Below the pieces are notes generated by a model. The model worked only from the letters and a program-made list of their open reading frames with translations, ran no database searches and was not told where the DNA came from. Positions 1 to 16,286 of a stretch of DNA of 64,000 nt are shown piece after piece. Every line of letters begins with the position of its first letter. The stretch's first letter is position 1. Position numbers and translations under genes: made by a program. Origin of the DNA: the human T2T-CHM13v2.0 reference genome, Homo sapiens; the NCBI RefSeq assembly GCF_009914755.1, contig NC_060942.1; one strand, written 5' to 3'.

Positions 1-238
1 ACTTCTCTGTAAATTTATCTTCATTTGTCTATATGGTATTAAGGCCTCCAAGCCTAGCCATTGCTTTTGGGGTTTCTCTTCTTTCTATGAAGTCTCTCCT
101 CCTCACTCTGCCATGTGAAAATTTTAACACCAAATAGAGGCATACGGCCTTTTCTTCTGTTCATCTGTCTGTTGTCAGTTTATTTTACAGACTCAGCTGG
201 AGAAACTAAGAAGAGAGAGAAAATTTTTCTCCCCTGCA
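1..238 (+). mobile_element. 3' part of an ERV1 MER34/MER39-like LTR
   Basis: Ends ...cttttcttctgttcatctgtctgttgtcagttt...aaatttttctcccctgca, like the 3' end of the LTR at 14692-15253. Confidence 0.6.
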
Positions 239-339
239 GCACATAATGTGAGCCCTCAACATTGCCAATAACCATTAATGTCATTCCTTTAGTAGATATG
301 AATCTGTACCATATCGATATCACGTATAGTCTTATTAAT

Positions 340-1800
340 TCAAATGACTTTCTACACTACAATTTTACCCACACAGCAATCCACACTCAAATATATTTCC
401 ACAGCATTCTCAAAGCATAAGTCATTATAAAAGGTATCAGATTATTTTTTAAAAGAAGAAGATTACAAGTTAAAGAAGTCCTTCAAAACCTTTCTTGAAA
501 ATAGAAATGGCAAAGAATGAAAATGTGAATGGAGAAGCATTAAGGGAGACACAACTTTTCAAATTGTTGAAAGATTCTCAAGGAAGAGGAAATAGGCACA
601 GTTTCATTCTGCCAACTAATGAGCAAGAATGACAATGACAGAGCCTTCTGTTCAATGTAAGAAAAGTTTTCAACAATGAAAAGAACTTGAGCCAAAATAG
701 CAAGTTCCTTGTGAGGGGAAGAATTCAAGCAGGAGTTGAGTAATGTTTCAACAATATTCTAAGAAAAGATAAAAGTCATGAGATTTAAGTTTGGGTCTGT
801 GATCTGTGCTTACAATGAAGTACAATAAAAACGTTTAAAATGTGGAAATAATCAAAGGGGAAATTGCAAAATTTTGCTGCGTAGTTTTACAACAGCTTCA
901 TCCAAACCATGACTATTGCTGATTAGTTAAATGATAGTAATATTATATAGTCAGGCTGTGGCACACATTCTATAGGTTGTATAAGCCTGGGACTTATGAA
1001 AAGATGACAAATTTGTGAAACATTCTGGGTTTTGTTCAAAAGAGATACAACAGAAAAATAAGACAACAGGAGACTAAAAGTGTGTTTAATAATCTCAGGG
1101 AAATAAATAGTAGAGCAAATAAAACATTACCTAGGCCGGGTGTGCTGGCTCACGCCTGTAATCCCAGCACTTTGGGAAGCTGAGGCAGGTGGATCACAAG
1201 GTCAGGAGTTCAAGCCAGCCTGGCCAACATACTGAAACCTAAAAAAAAATACAAAAAAAATTAGCTAAAAAAAAATCTACTAAAAAAAATACAAAAAAAA
1301 TTAGCCCGGCATGGTGGTGGGTGCCTGTAATCCTAGCTACTCAGGAGGCTGAGGCAGGAGAATCACTTGAACCTGGGAGGCGGAGGTTGCATGTGAGCAG
1401 AGATCGTGCCACTGCACTCCAGCCTGGGTGACAGTGTGAGACTCTGTCTCAAAAAAATAAATAAATAAAAATTACCTAAATGGAAGCACATGAATACACT
1501 CTTCCAACAAAGACAAGGTGAATCAAAACTAAGAACTGCAAAATGGAGAAGCTATGGTAAAATAACTGCACCTAAGTAACCTAAATAACAAAATGGAGAA
1601 GCTAAGGCTAAAATAACCATCTGACGACAGCAGAACAGAATTTACCTGTTGCAAGCCTGACAACATGAAAATAATATTGCTTTTAACAAATTTGAAAGGT
1701 GATGAGGAAGAATGGTGGTAAAACAAGGGCTAATTTCTTTATCTTTCACAATACAGAGTTGGCACAGGAAACCAGAAATTAAAAAGGTCTTTTGTAAAAA
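340..1800 (+). mobile_element. Highly decayed L1M/HAL1-like remnant, interrupted by an Alu
   Basis: A-rich strand bias; 347-395 loosely resembles the coding sequence of the L1 ORF1 C-terminal 'FQPRILYPAKLS' motif; weak similarity only. Confidence 0.3.
1134..1470 (+). mobile_element. AluS with an expanded central A-rich linker
   Basis: ggccgggtgtgctggctcacgcctgtaatcccagc start, right arm, A tail; TSD aaaa(c)attaccta. Confidence 0.95.
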
Positions 1801-1801
1801 G

Positions 1802-2182
<381 letters not shown>

Positions 2183-3049
2183 TCAGGGATGAAATCTCTT
2201 ATTTTAAAAGAGGCTTATTTGCTTTCTAGAAATTCCTTCAGTTTCACACCCAATTTATAGCTCTATTGAATTTAAATAAAAATTTTACACTTTCGATTCA
2301 TGCAGCAAGTTCAGGATGATCGTATTGTGTCTTTAAGTGTTTACACTGTTAGCTATATATATTCATGTTAATATTCTTTATTGTAATTATCTAAATAGTA
2401 GAATGTATCATAACTTTTTTCAATTTCTTATAATTTTCTGTAATGTTAATACTGCTTATCTAGATGGTAGAACGTATCATAAATTTTTTTACTTTCTTAT
2501 AATTTTCAAAATAGCTTGAGTTTTTATGAAAGAAACGATATATTTTTACAAAACAAAAAAGTTATTACTGTTTGAAGGGAAAAAAACAATGAAAGCATGA
2601 GGCAGATTCAATTAAAGGTAGAATGCCGAAATACTAGAAGTGAAAGTAATCTAAATAGGCCTTGTTTTCTGAACCCATTTTGAGTAGTCATAAATGGGTA
2701 GTTCCTAGCTTTCTTAGTTGATTATGTATAGATATGTCTTGCTTTGCACAAGCTTTCCTCAACTCCTCCTTTCTTCGGTGGGGGGTCTTACTTGCAGTTT
2801 CCTGCACACATGAATGTCTCTGTCAATGAGCTCTCTGTATTGTAGTTATCTGTTTACTCACCAGTCCTCCCATGTCACTCCTAGTTCCTTGTATTTCTAG
2901 CATCTAGTCCAGTGCAGCACCAAATACATGTTTATGTGAACATTATTTTTGTGAAAAAGAGAAGGAAGGGAAGAAGAAAAAGAAGGAAGGGAGGGAGGAA
3001 AGAAAACATTCATTTCAAACAAAATTATAAAATCTCAAACAAATAAAAA

Positions 3050-3830
3050 TGCTCAATATCAGGAGGCATTAAGGAAATGCAAGTCAAAACCACAATGAGA
3101 AACCACTTTACACTATAGAATGGCTATCGTTAAAAAAGAAAATAAAAACAGAGTTGTCAGATATGGAGAAATTGGGATCCTTGTGCATTGCTGGTGGGAA
3201 TGTAAAACGGTGTAGCCACTCTGAAAAATGGTATGGCAATTCTTCAAAAATTTAAATGTAGAACTACCATATGATCCAGCAATTCTATTCATGGGTATAT
3301 GTCCAAAAGAACTGAAAGCAGAGTCTCAAACGGATGTTCGTACACTCATGTTCATAGCAGCATTATTTCCAATAGCCAAAAGGTAGACGCAACCAGAGTG
3401 TCCATTGATAGATAAAAGGATTTTTTAACATGTGTATATACATACAATGGAATATTATTCAGCCTGAAAAAGGAGGACTATTTTGATACATGATATAATA
3501 TGGATGAATCAAAGACATTATGCTAAGTGAAATAAAACAGACTCAAAAAAAACACACAAATGTTATGTGATTCCACTAAGTTCCTAGAGTCATCAAATTC
3601 ATAGAGATAGAAAGTAAACAGTGGTTGCCAGAGCCTGGGGGCAAAGGAGGATGGGGGAGTTGAAATTTAATGATATAGAGTTTCAGCTGGGGAAGATGAA
3701 AAAGTTCTGGAGACAGATGGTAGCGATAGTTGCACAACTATGTGAATGTACTTAATGCCATAGAACTGTATGCTTGAAATGGTTAAAATGGTAAATTTTA
3801 TGCTTTATGCTTTACCACAGTAAGAAAATT
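3050..3830 (+). mobile_element. L1MB-type 3' end (ORF2 C-terminus and 3' UTR)
   Basis: gaaatgcaagtcaaaaccacaatgaga, ccatatgatccagcaattc and gatgaaaaagttctggaga...ggttaaaatggtaaattttatg motifs. Confidence 0.9.
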
Positions 3831-4517
3831 TGAACCACAAAGGAAAATTTTAAAACAAGTTCATTTTGATACTGAATTAATCACGAGAGAAAATAATTAT
3901 TTTTTGTAGAAAGAAGAAAAGAAAAAACACCAAATACCAAAATATACTTAATTTATTGTTTCTTTAAGTCTTGCTCTGAATATATATTAATGTCATATGC
4001 AATTACTTAATGTACCATATGATACTATTTTTAATAAAAACTTCTATTTCTGGTTTTGTCTTTTAGAAAAAAAGGAATAGTTGAGTGAAAAAAAATAGCT
4101 AATTTTATTAACTGCATGTGTCTTCGGCTAAAATCTAGTTGTTTGAATCCCAGAGCTAAAAATCTCACAAAAGTCAAAACTACTACCAATAAAAATAGTG
4201 TAAATAGAAATATCACCATACCCTAAAGGCAGCGGGCATTAAGGCTGGAATTGTAAGTAACTCTATGTGAGTATGAATTCATTTCCCTTTTCCCCCTAGG
4301 TTGTTAAGTATTGGTATTACAAATAAGTAACGGCTCACAATTTTATGTATTTTTAAAAATTATGAGTTTTCAATATAAAGGTATTAAAAACATGCCAACC
4401 TTGATTAGTTGCAAAATAAACAAGTCATTAATGAAAAAAAATCTACTTAGTTATCTTCCTTCGCAAACCCTTAGGAACTTCTCAGACAGCGCTCCCACTT
4501 ATGGTAGAATCTTAAGG

Positions 4518-4668
4518 TATATATATCTATATCGATATATATCTATACGGACATATGTTTAGATATCTAATGTATATATCTAGATATCCATATAGATATA
4601 TGTTTAGATATCTAATGTATATATCTATATGTCAATATAGATAGATATATTAAATATAAATACATAGA
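4518..4668. repeat. AT-rich (TA/TAGA) low-complexity tract with an internal duplication
   Basis: atatgtttagatatctaatgtatatatcta occurs twice. Confidence 0.85.
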
Positions 4669-4672
4669 TCAA

Positions 4673-4973
4673 TTTTTTTTTAGATGCAGTCTCATTCTGT
4701 CATTTTGTCACCCAGGCTAGAGTGCAGTGGTGGAATCACAGCTCACCACAACTTTGACCTCCTGGACACAAGCAATCCTCCCACCTCAGCTTCCTGAGTA
4801 GCTGGAACCACAGATATACACCACCATGCCTGACTAATATTTGTATTTTTTTTTTGTAGAAATGAGGTCTCACTATGTTGCCCAAACTGGTCTCAAACTC
4901 CTGGCCTCAAGCAATCCTCCCATCTAGGCCTCCCAAAGTGCTAGAATTGCAGGCATGAGCCACCATGTCCAGC
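4673..4973 (-). mobile_element. AluJ
   Basis: Reverse Alu with J-type caagcaatcctcccacctcagc and cactatgttgcc. Confidence 0.9.
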
Positions 4974-5754
4974 GAAGATATTAACACCAAAACATGATGT
5001 TAACAAATGCTATTTGCCGTGCACAACGCAGTTGCTCATAGTTTAAATGTAATTTTTTTGTCCAAAGGAAAAAAAAACTTTTATCTGGGTTGTTCAAGAA
5101 CCCTTTCAAAATGTAAGAACATGCTTATGAAAACAAAGGGAAGTGGAAAAGCCGCAGCTGGCCATAAGCTCTAAGTCAAAGCTGTATTTGGGGTCTCAGT
5201 AAAGAGGAGATAAACCCAGTAAGTCTGGAACTTACTAACTGGCTACACAATTCAGATTAAAGAGAACTCAGAAATGATCATTACAGATTTACAAACCTAA
5301 GAGTATAAAGGATGGCAGTGCTTAAATCAGAGTAATATTTGGGGCAACAGTCTAAGTGGAAAATTTGGTTCAAATCGTGTTTTGTTTTTAGGGGGTCAGT
5401 AGATGCCAGGGAACAGCCATTCCATAGACAAGAAGTAGAGGCATCAGAAGAGGATGAGAGTCAGGATTAGAGAAGAATATTTACCTTTCATCATCAGGCC
5501 AGACTCCTAACAGTCTCCCAGGCACTATGAACCTATGACTACAGACTACAAAGCCCACAAAATACAAAAATCTCATCTTGCTTAAGGGCAGGAAACGTTG
5601 AAAGAAACCCAGGGAAAATAATTTCTTTCCATATTTCTTCTAAAGAATGCCTGCAATACGAGAAAAAAATATTCTCTTTCTCAGTGTAGCAAAATAGCCT
5701 ATGACCTTATAATGTGATTAAACTCTATTGGTGCTGTTAAGAAAGGGACACTTA

Positions 5755-5812
5755 ATTACATGGTGCTTTTCATCTTCTAAGTGCTTTACAAGAACTGTAT
5801 TAACTAATTAAC
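5755..5812 (-). mobile_element. Ancient MIR-class (MIR1_Amn-like) SINE fragment
   Basis: gtgcttttcatcttctaagtgctttacaa...attaactaattaa resembles the recalled amniote MIR consensus. Confidence 0.45.
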
Positions 5813-6747
5813 GACGGAAAACCTGATGTTTCTTGGAAAAGACCGCTATCTCTTCTCTTCACCTTTTAGATGAACTTTTTTTTAAATCTTGAAACACTAC
5901 ATGCACAAAACAAGTGATATTTAAACTTTTCAAACTAATGATTATGGCAAGCAGTTCATTTTCCTGGTACTTCCAGATTTGAACTGCAATTAAAAAGGAT
6001 GTAAGTAAGCCATCTAAAAAGAGAAACAGCTCTACTCTGGCTCATAAAAGCCCATCTGGTGAGAAACAGTGAACCTTGTAAATGATGAAGTAGCAATGAT
6101 GTGAAGATGCTCACTTTTGGCCTGTGGCTCCCACGTCCTCGAGAAGCAGATGGGATAAGGGCACCTATTCCCACCTGCACTGAGCTCTCTAACATGGGCT
6201 TCAGCTGAGATTTTCTCTTTCACTTCCAATAGTTTTAAAATTAGTGATCCCAAACATTCATCAAAGGAACATGGGTAATACGGTGTATTTTCTTTGAAGA
6301 TAAATGGTTTTGGCGCATGCCAAAGTTTCTTAAGAGCACATTTAAAAATCTGGATTGGGGTTATCATTCAGATATCATTCACTCATACAATTAAAGTGTA
6401 TTAAGAACCTAAAATGAACAAAGTACTCCTTGTTTAGAGTCAGGATGGGCATCTTTCTAACTACACCTCAAGAACTGGGTGGTTTTTATACCTGTATACT
6501 ATCTCATACCCACTCCATGAAAATTCTGTCTGCCAAGGCCAGGTTGAAATCCCAGTCTAGAGGGAGGTAGCATGAGATATGGAAAAATTTACAGCCTTGG
6601 GTTTAAAATGAGCTCTACATATGCACTTCCAGTGGCACAAATGTAATGTAAGAAAAATGCCTAGCCAATGGTATAGCGTATATAATATACAGAAGTTGGA
6701 CTCTGGATTAGCCTATTCTTGCATTGCTATAAAGAAATGCCTGAGAC

Positions 6748-6925
6748 AGAAGTCACAATCTTTTTTGTAACCTAATCTCAGAAGAGACATCCCATCACAT
6801 TTGCTGTACTCTACTCACTAGAAGCAAGTCACTAGATCCACCCCATACTCAAAGAGAGATTACAAAAGGACATGAAAACCTGGAGGCCAAGATCATTAGG
6901 GCGAGTCTAGAGACTGCCTACCTCA
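6748..6925 (-). mobile_element. MLT1 LTR fragment inside the retrocopy
   Basis: gacatcccatcacatttgc...tagaagcaagtcactag...ctgcctacctca. Confidence 0.75.
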
Positions 6926-6974
6926 ATGACAAACAATTATACAATGCTTTACTCCTGGAAAGATGCAGTTATTT

Positions 6975-7092
6975 CTTTCATCATTCATTGATCCAGCAGT
7001 ATTGATTGTGCACCTACTTAGTGCCATGCCCTGGAAATCTTGGGAGCAAAGCAGATGCTCTCCTGGTCTTCAGAAAACCTACAGTCTAGTGT
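6975..7092 (-). mobile_element. L2 3' fragment inside the retrocopy
   Basis: tcattcattg...ttgtgcacctacttagtgcca...tacagtctagtg. Confidence 0.6.
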
Positions 7093-7484
7093 CCTCAAAA
7101 CTAAACCCTTAAATGGTTTTGATCACAAAGAATAAAGTGTTTCAGATAGCAAGAAAACTTATTTCAGGAACTTTCTGTCTTATTAACTGCTTTTTCTTAA
7201 CTGCTGCTCTTGTAAATAAAATACTGATGACCTTTCAGTAAAGAAGAAAAATTACCTTAATCTTCCTACATCATAATTCTGTGATAACCCTTTGCTTGGA
7301 TCTACAGACTTTATAGCTCAGTGAGAGCCCAAGTGATTAACTTCAATTTCTGTACTGACAATATAGTGTAAGGCCTACAGATAAGAAGTTTGAGCTCACC
7401 CAGCTGTGGAAAGAGAAGCTGCTTATGAATTTAGCTCTTTGTCCCTCACAAGCCAAAAACTGACAGAAAAATTCATGAGGTCAC

Positions 7485-7850
7485 TGATATGGTTTGGCTG
7501 TGTCCCCATCCAAATCTCATCTTGAATTGTAGCTCCTATAATCCTCATATGTCATGGGAGGGATCCAGTGGGAGGTAACTGAATCATGGGGTTGGGTTTT
7601 TCCATGCTGTTCTCATGATAGTGAATAAGTCTCATGAGATCTGATGGTTTTATAAAGCACAGTTCCCCTGCACATGCTCTCTCTTGCCTGCCACCATGTA
7701 AGATGTGACTTTGCTCTTCCTTCGCCTTCTGCTGTAATTTTAAGGCTTCTCCAGCCACATGGAACTGTGAGCTCATTAAACCTCTTACCTTTATAAATTA
7801 CCCAGTCTCAGGTATGTCTTTATTAGCAGCATGAGAACAGACTAATTACA
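7485..7850 (+). mobile_element. THE1 (THE1C/D-like) LTR
   Basis: tgatatggtttggctgtgtcccca...cagcatgagaacagactaattaca. Confidence 0.95.
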
Positions 7851-8887
7851 GTAGATAACTGACAGAAAAATTTATGAGGTTGGTAAGGCCCCCTTCAGAT
7901 TCTATGGCCATGCTTTGTCTTCTAAAGAAAAACTTGAGAGGTTTCTAACAAGAATGAAAACCAAGATGATTCTAGTGATTTCAAAATAAACAAACACATG
8001 ATTTGTGAAAAAAAAAGAAAGGAAGAAATGCCTGAGACTAAGTAATTTATTTTTTAAAAGGAAAAAAGGGGTTTAATTGGCTCATGGTTCCCCAGACTGT
8101 ACAGGAAGAATGGCAGCATCTGCTTGGCTTTTGGGGGGCCTCAGGAAACTCATAATCATGGCAGAAGGCAAAGGGGGAAGCAAACACGTCTTACCTGGCC
8201 AGAGCTGGAGGAAGAGAGAAAGAGGGGAAAGGTACCACACACTTTTAAATAACCAGATCTCATGAGAACTCTATCATGAGAATAGCACCAAAGTAAGAAG
8301 CTGCTCCCATGCTCCAATCACCTCCCACTAAGCCCCACCTCCAACACTGAGGATTTCAACAGAACATGAGATTTGGGCAGTGATACAGATCCAAACCATA
8401 TCAGACTCAGATAGACCTGGTTATAAATCCCGATTGTAGCATTAGTGGGTAGAAGCCATATATTATACCTTCTTTACCTCTCACAGTATTGTTTAATAAA
8501 AATAATACAAGGCCATTGTTTTGGACTAAGCTTCTGCTATAGGCCTGAACAGACCAGACGAAAAATCAAAATGGCCGATGCCACTTTGCCTAAACTAAGA
8601 TTTGATGCCTAAACCAAACCTTAGCTTAGGTTTGGTGATGTGGAACAACTTTGTTTAGGTTTGGTGATATGGAGCTTTAGCATGGGTGATCCTTCCTGGA
8701 AATCAGGACGGAACAATAACAGTCAATTTCTCAAATAGGCCAGTTTAACTCTTCAATAAGAATGATAATAGAGTTCCCTCTACTTTAATCCTTAGACAAA
8801 AATGGTAGCATAAAGAACTGGATGTTAACTAATCAGTTATTTTTTTACTGTTCTGTCTAAAAGCAACTAATATACTCTTTGTTCTTT

Positions 8888-12901
<4,014 letters not shown>

Positions 12902-14691
12902 ACTCTTTATTCTTTGCTTCTTCTTTCTCTAATCTTTCTCTGTCTATAAAGCCAATCCCTTCTATCCAGCTTATTGGAACATTTATTCTATTTTATGCAG
13001 TAAGGTGTTACCCAATTTTAGAATCACAAATAAAGTCAGTTGAGATTTTAAATATTTGTAATTTTGCCTTTTGACAGTATCATTCACAATGCTAAGTATA
13101 TAGTAGACATACATTAAATTTTTGTTGACTGACATTGACTTATTAGCCATTCAAGTAAAAGACACACGTGCACAGAGGTACACATACCCCCACTATATTT
13201 ACCTCCTTCCAGCTATATAGTAACAGGCAGGTTCTAGCAGAGCCTTTGAGCTCTTCCTGGTAAGATAAGCCCCAAAGTTACTAGGGTCAGAAAGAAGTTG
13301 ACACCTTCATTCCTGAAGTTTACATGTTCTCAGCTCAGCAGCTTCAAAATCAATTTCTAGGGGTAGTACCAGGCCTGCTACTTATCTTGTGACCTGAGCT
13401 CTACAAATAACAGAAATAGCAAGCTCTAGATTACTAACAATTCTCAGTCTATCTTGGGTTATTTATATATTGTTACAACTCAAATATTTAAAGAATATTC
13501 TTTCTGGTCACTGCCCTTCAGTAATTTAGTCTAGAGGTCACAAAGGCATAAATTATAATTCCAGTAAACATTTTCTCAGAATTGTTCTGTTTTTTCCATT
13601 CTTCTCCGTCATCTTTTAATAAAAATAAGACCTGAGCAAATATGCACAAATTCTAATTTGTTTTATCCAGACAAACTTTAAATCCCTCTTCCAACTTTGT
13701 TATTTATATTTATGATACAATATTAGCTATCTTTTTATACAACTAGAGAAGAGCAATTGCAAAAATTTATCAAGAATTCTTTTCCTAAAATTGTTCTCAT
13801 AATAACCACAAATTGTTAGCATCTATCACCATATGATGTAACCATATAAAAGCCTTTTCTAGCCTCATCCCCATAAGGTACCTCTCTATTATATTATAAT
13901 GATAAATGCCAAAATTTTTTGCATGACACTTAATCTGTTATAGAATTCTACAGGGAATGCTAGACTACTACTCAAGGTTTCTTATAAGCAGCTACAGCTA
14001 AAAGTCAGCATCATATTCTTAAATCAACTGATCTTTTTCCTTTACAATATTTATTTCTGACAAAACAATTTACAACTATATCATAAAGTCAATACAAACA
14101 TATACCAGGAGTAAATATGCTATTGTGTGCTTGAAGAGATCATGATTACGTATTCAGCATAGGGATAGATGTGGTATTTTGAAGAGAGTCATGTTATGCT
14201 ATCCTGTAATGCAGCCAATTCCCAATTATACCTAGTAATTGATTATGAGTAATTATGATTCACAGATAAAGCCCAAGTTTATGTTAGCCAATAGTTAACT
14301 CCCAATAATTCATTATTATGTGAAGGGAACATTACTTTCGGGTAAACACAAATGGAAAATTTGTTCCTAAATCTCTCTTCCATTTCCTTCCCCTCTCAGA
14401 TTAGTTGTTAAATTGCGATTTGCTCTTTTCTATAGGACATTATTACTCAACTTAGTGCAACATAACTCCATTATGTGCCTTGCATTTTTTACATTAATTA
14501 GCTCAACTTTTCTGTTGTTAAAAAAACATTTTATATATATTTTTGAGAATATTATTCAGGACTTTAATATGAGTTTTTAAAAATTTTTGTACTTAAGGGT
14601 GAAAATCACAAACACTCAGAACATTTTTATCTTTGAGAGACTTTTTTTAACCACTTCACATGTTTTATACCTTTTCTAGAGCACTTATTTA

Positions 14692-15253
14692 TGAAGGGCA
14701 GCAGAATATGCCACCCCAAAATATAACACTTTGGCATAGAGATTATTTTGAGCTGAAGCCTATTGAGAAGAAGCAGATATGAGGAAAGCTGTCTGTACTC
14801 CTCTTATCTGCCTAAAAGTAGGACATGAGTTTACAAAGGTGTCCTTCCACCCCCGTCACCAGAAAGGACAAATGTTGATCACCAAAGTCAATTTTAGACC
14901 CTGGTCAGCCTGAAGATGACATCAGAGGCATCTACATAACCAATCGTACTAACTAGCTTTTATCTACCATTTGTTTCCCATTCATTTGCCTTCCCACAAC
15001 TTGTTACCTTATGAGACTCAAGGTCCTTTTCCTTTGTCTTGTCACTTCTCTAAAAATGTATAATTCTTTGTTGAAGATACTATATAAGCCAAGTTCTAAG
15101 CCACTTCTTTGAGAATTACTCATTCTGTGCCTATTTCCCATCTATGTACGAAATAAACATGTTAACACACTTGTTTGCTTTCTCTTGTTAATACGCAATC
15201 TTCTGCTGTAGTATGATGGATCAAAGGAAAATTATTGTTTTCCGCCCCCTACA
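14692..15253 (+). mobile_element. MER34-family solo LTR
   Basis: tgaagggcagcagaatatgccaccccaaaatat...ttattttgagctgaag start; ends ccccctaca; 4-bp TSD TTTA. Confidence 0.85.
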
Positions 15254-15274
15254 TTTATATTCTCAAGTGTAGTA

Positions 15275-15520
15275 ATTATAATGTCTAACATTTTTGGATA
15301 TTTACTGTGTGCCCGCCAAGGGGCTCAATACTTTGCCTCCACTCTTCCTTTATATCTAAGCAAGTATTATTATTATTATTCACATTTTACATATTAAGCA
15401 ACTGATGGCCAGAAAGGCTAAATAATTTTCCCAGATTCCACCAGGAACTAGGGGCTGGAAGAGAGAGTCACAATGAGACAACTGATTCCACAGCCTACAT
15501 CTTAGCTACCTCACCATATC
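15275..15520 (-). mobile_element. MIR
   Basis: attattattcacattttacatattaagcaactga...aaggctaaataattttcccag core. Confidence 0.7.
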
Positions 15521-15779
15521 TCTTCCTCATAGCTAGCTGCCCATATTTCAGCCTATGTTGGCAGTCTTACCTAACATACGTTCAGGATATATTTGAAACA
15601 ATTATATAAACACAGCATATTCCAGCTTCTCAGATCAAGCTGTACACAAAGGCAGCTTAATCAGTTAGAGGCATGACAAAACAAATGGCAAACAAAACAA
15701 AGAGCCCAGCAGTAGGACAATGAGCAGGACACAAGTTATTCCGCCTTTCGTTCTGGCATGTCAGTATTGCCTCCTCTCA

Positions 15780-16200
15780 TAGCCCTGAGATTCCTGTCAG
15801 TCTAGGCATCATAGGTGACACATAACATCCAGTGAAGAAGGGACAAATTCCATACTGGCTATCTAGTTTTTGTTTGTTGGGTTTTTGTTTCTCGGTTTTT
15901 GGTTTGTTTGTTTGTTTGTTTGTTTGTTTGTTTTGAGTTACAGAAACCTTTCCCAGAAGCCTCCCAACAGACCAACCCTTGGGTTTCATTGACCAATATT
16001 GAGTCATCTGCCCATTCCCAAATCAGTCACTGGCAAGGGTGATAAGATCACCTGACTGGACTAGACCAATCATGATTTACCCTCTGGAGCTGGGAAGGGG
16101 ATCATATTCCCTGAGCACATGTAGGTGAAACCCGTAAATAAAATCAGGGTACTGCCTATAAAGAAGGATAGAGAGAAATGGCTGATAAATATCTAACCAA
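15780..16200 (-). mobile_element. Old MLT1 (J/K-like) LTR with an embedded (TTTG)n
   Basis: aaacctttcccagaagcc...aatcagtcactggcaaggg...gactagaccaatcatgattta. Confidence 0.65.
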
Positions 16201-16257
16201 TGGCATCCATGCATCCATCTCTCTTTATATGTGCATGTTGTGTATATGTATATAGGG

Positions 16258-16286
16258 GATCTATCTATCTATCTATCTATCTATCT
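16258..16286. repeat. (ATCT)n microsatellite
   Basis: About 7 tandem ATCT units. Confidence 0.9.

Larger units (their letters stand above)
6748..8022 (+). pseudogene. Retrocopy or orphan 3' transduction of a non-coding RNA segment
   Basis: 16-bp TSD AAGAAATGCCTGAGAC at 6732-6747 and 8023-8038; AATAAA at 7985-7990; A run at 8008-8016. Confidence 0.85.
6704..8403 (-). mobile_element. MST (MSTB-like) solo LTR in two pieces (6704-6747 and 8023-8403), inserted in a MIR
   Basis: TG..CA ends; 5-bp TSD GACTC at 6699-6703 and 8404-8408; the consensus cttgcattgctataaagaaatgcctgagact continues after the insert. Confidence 0.9.
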
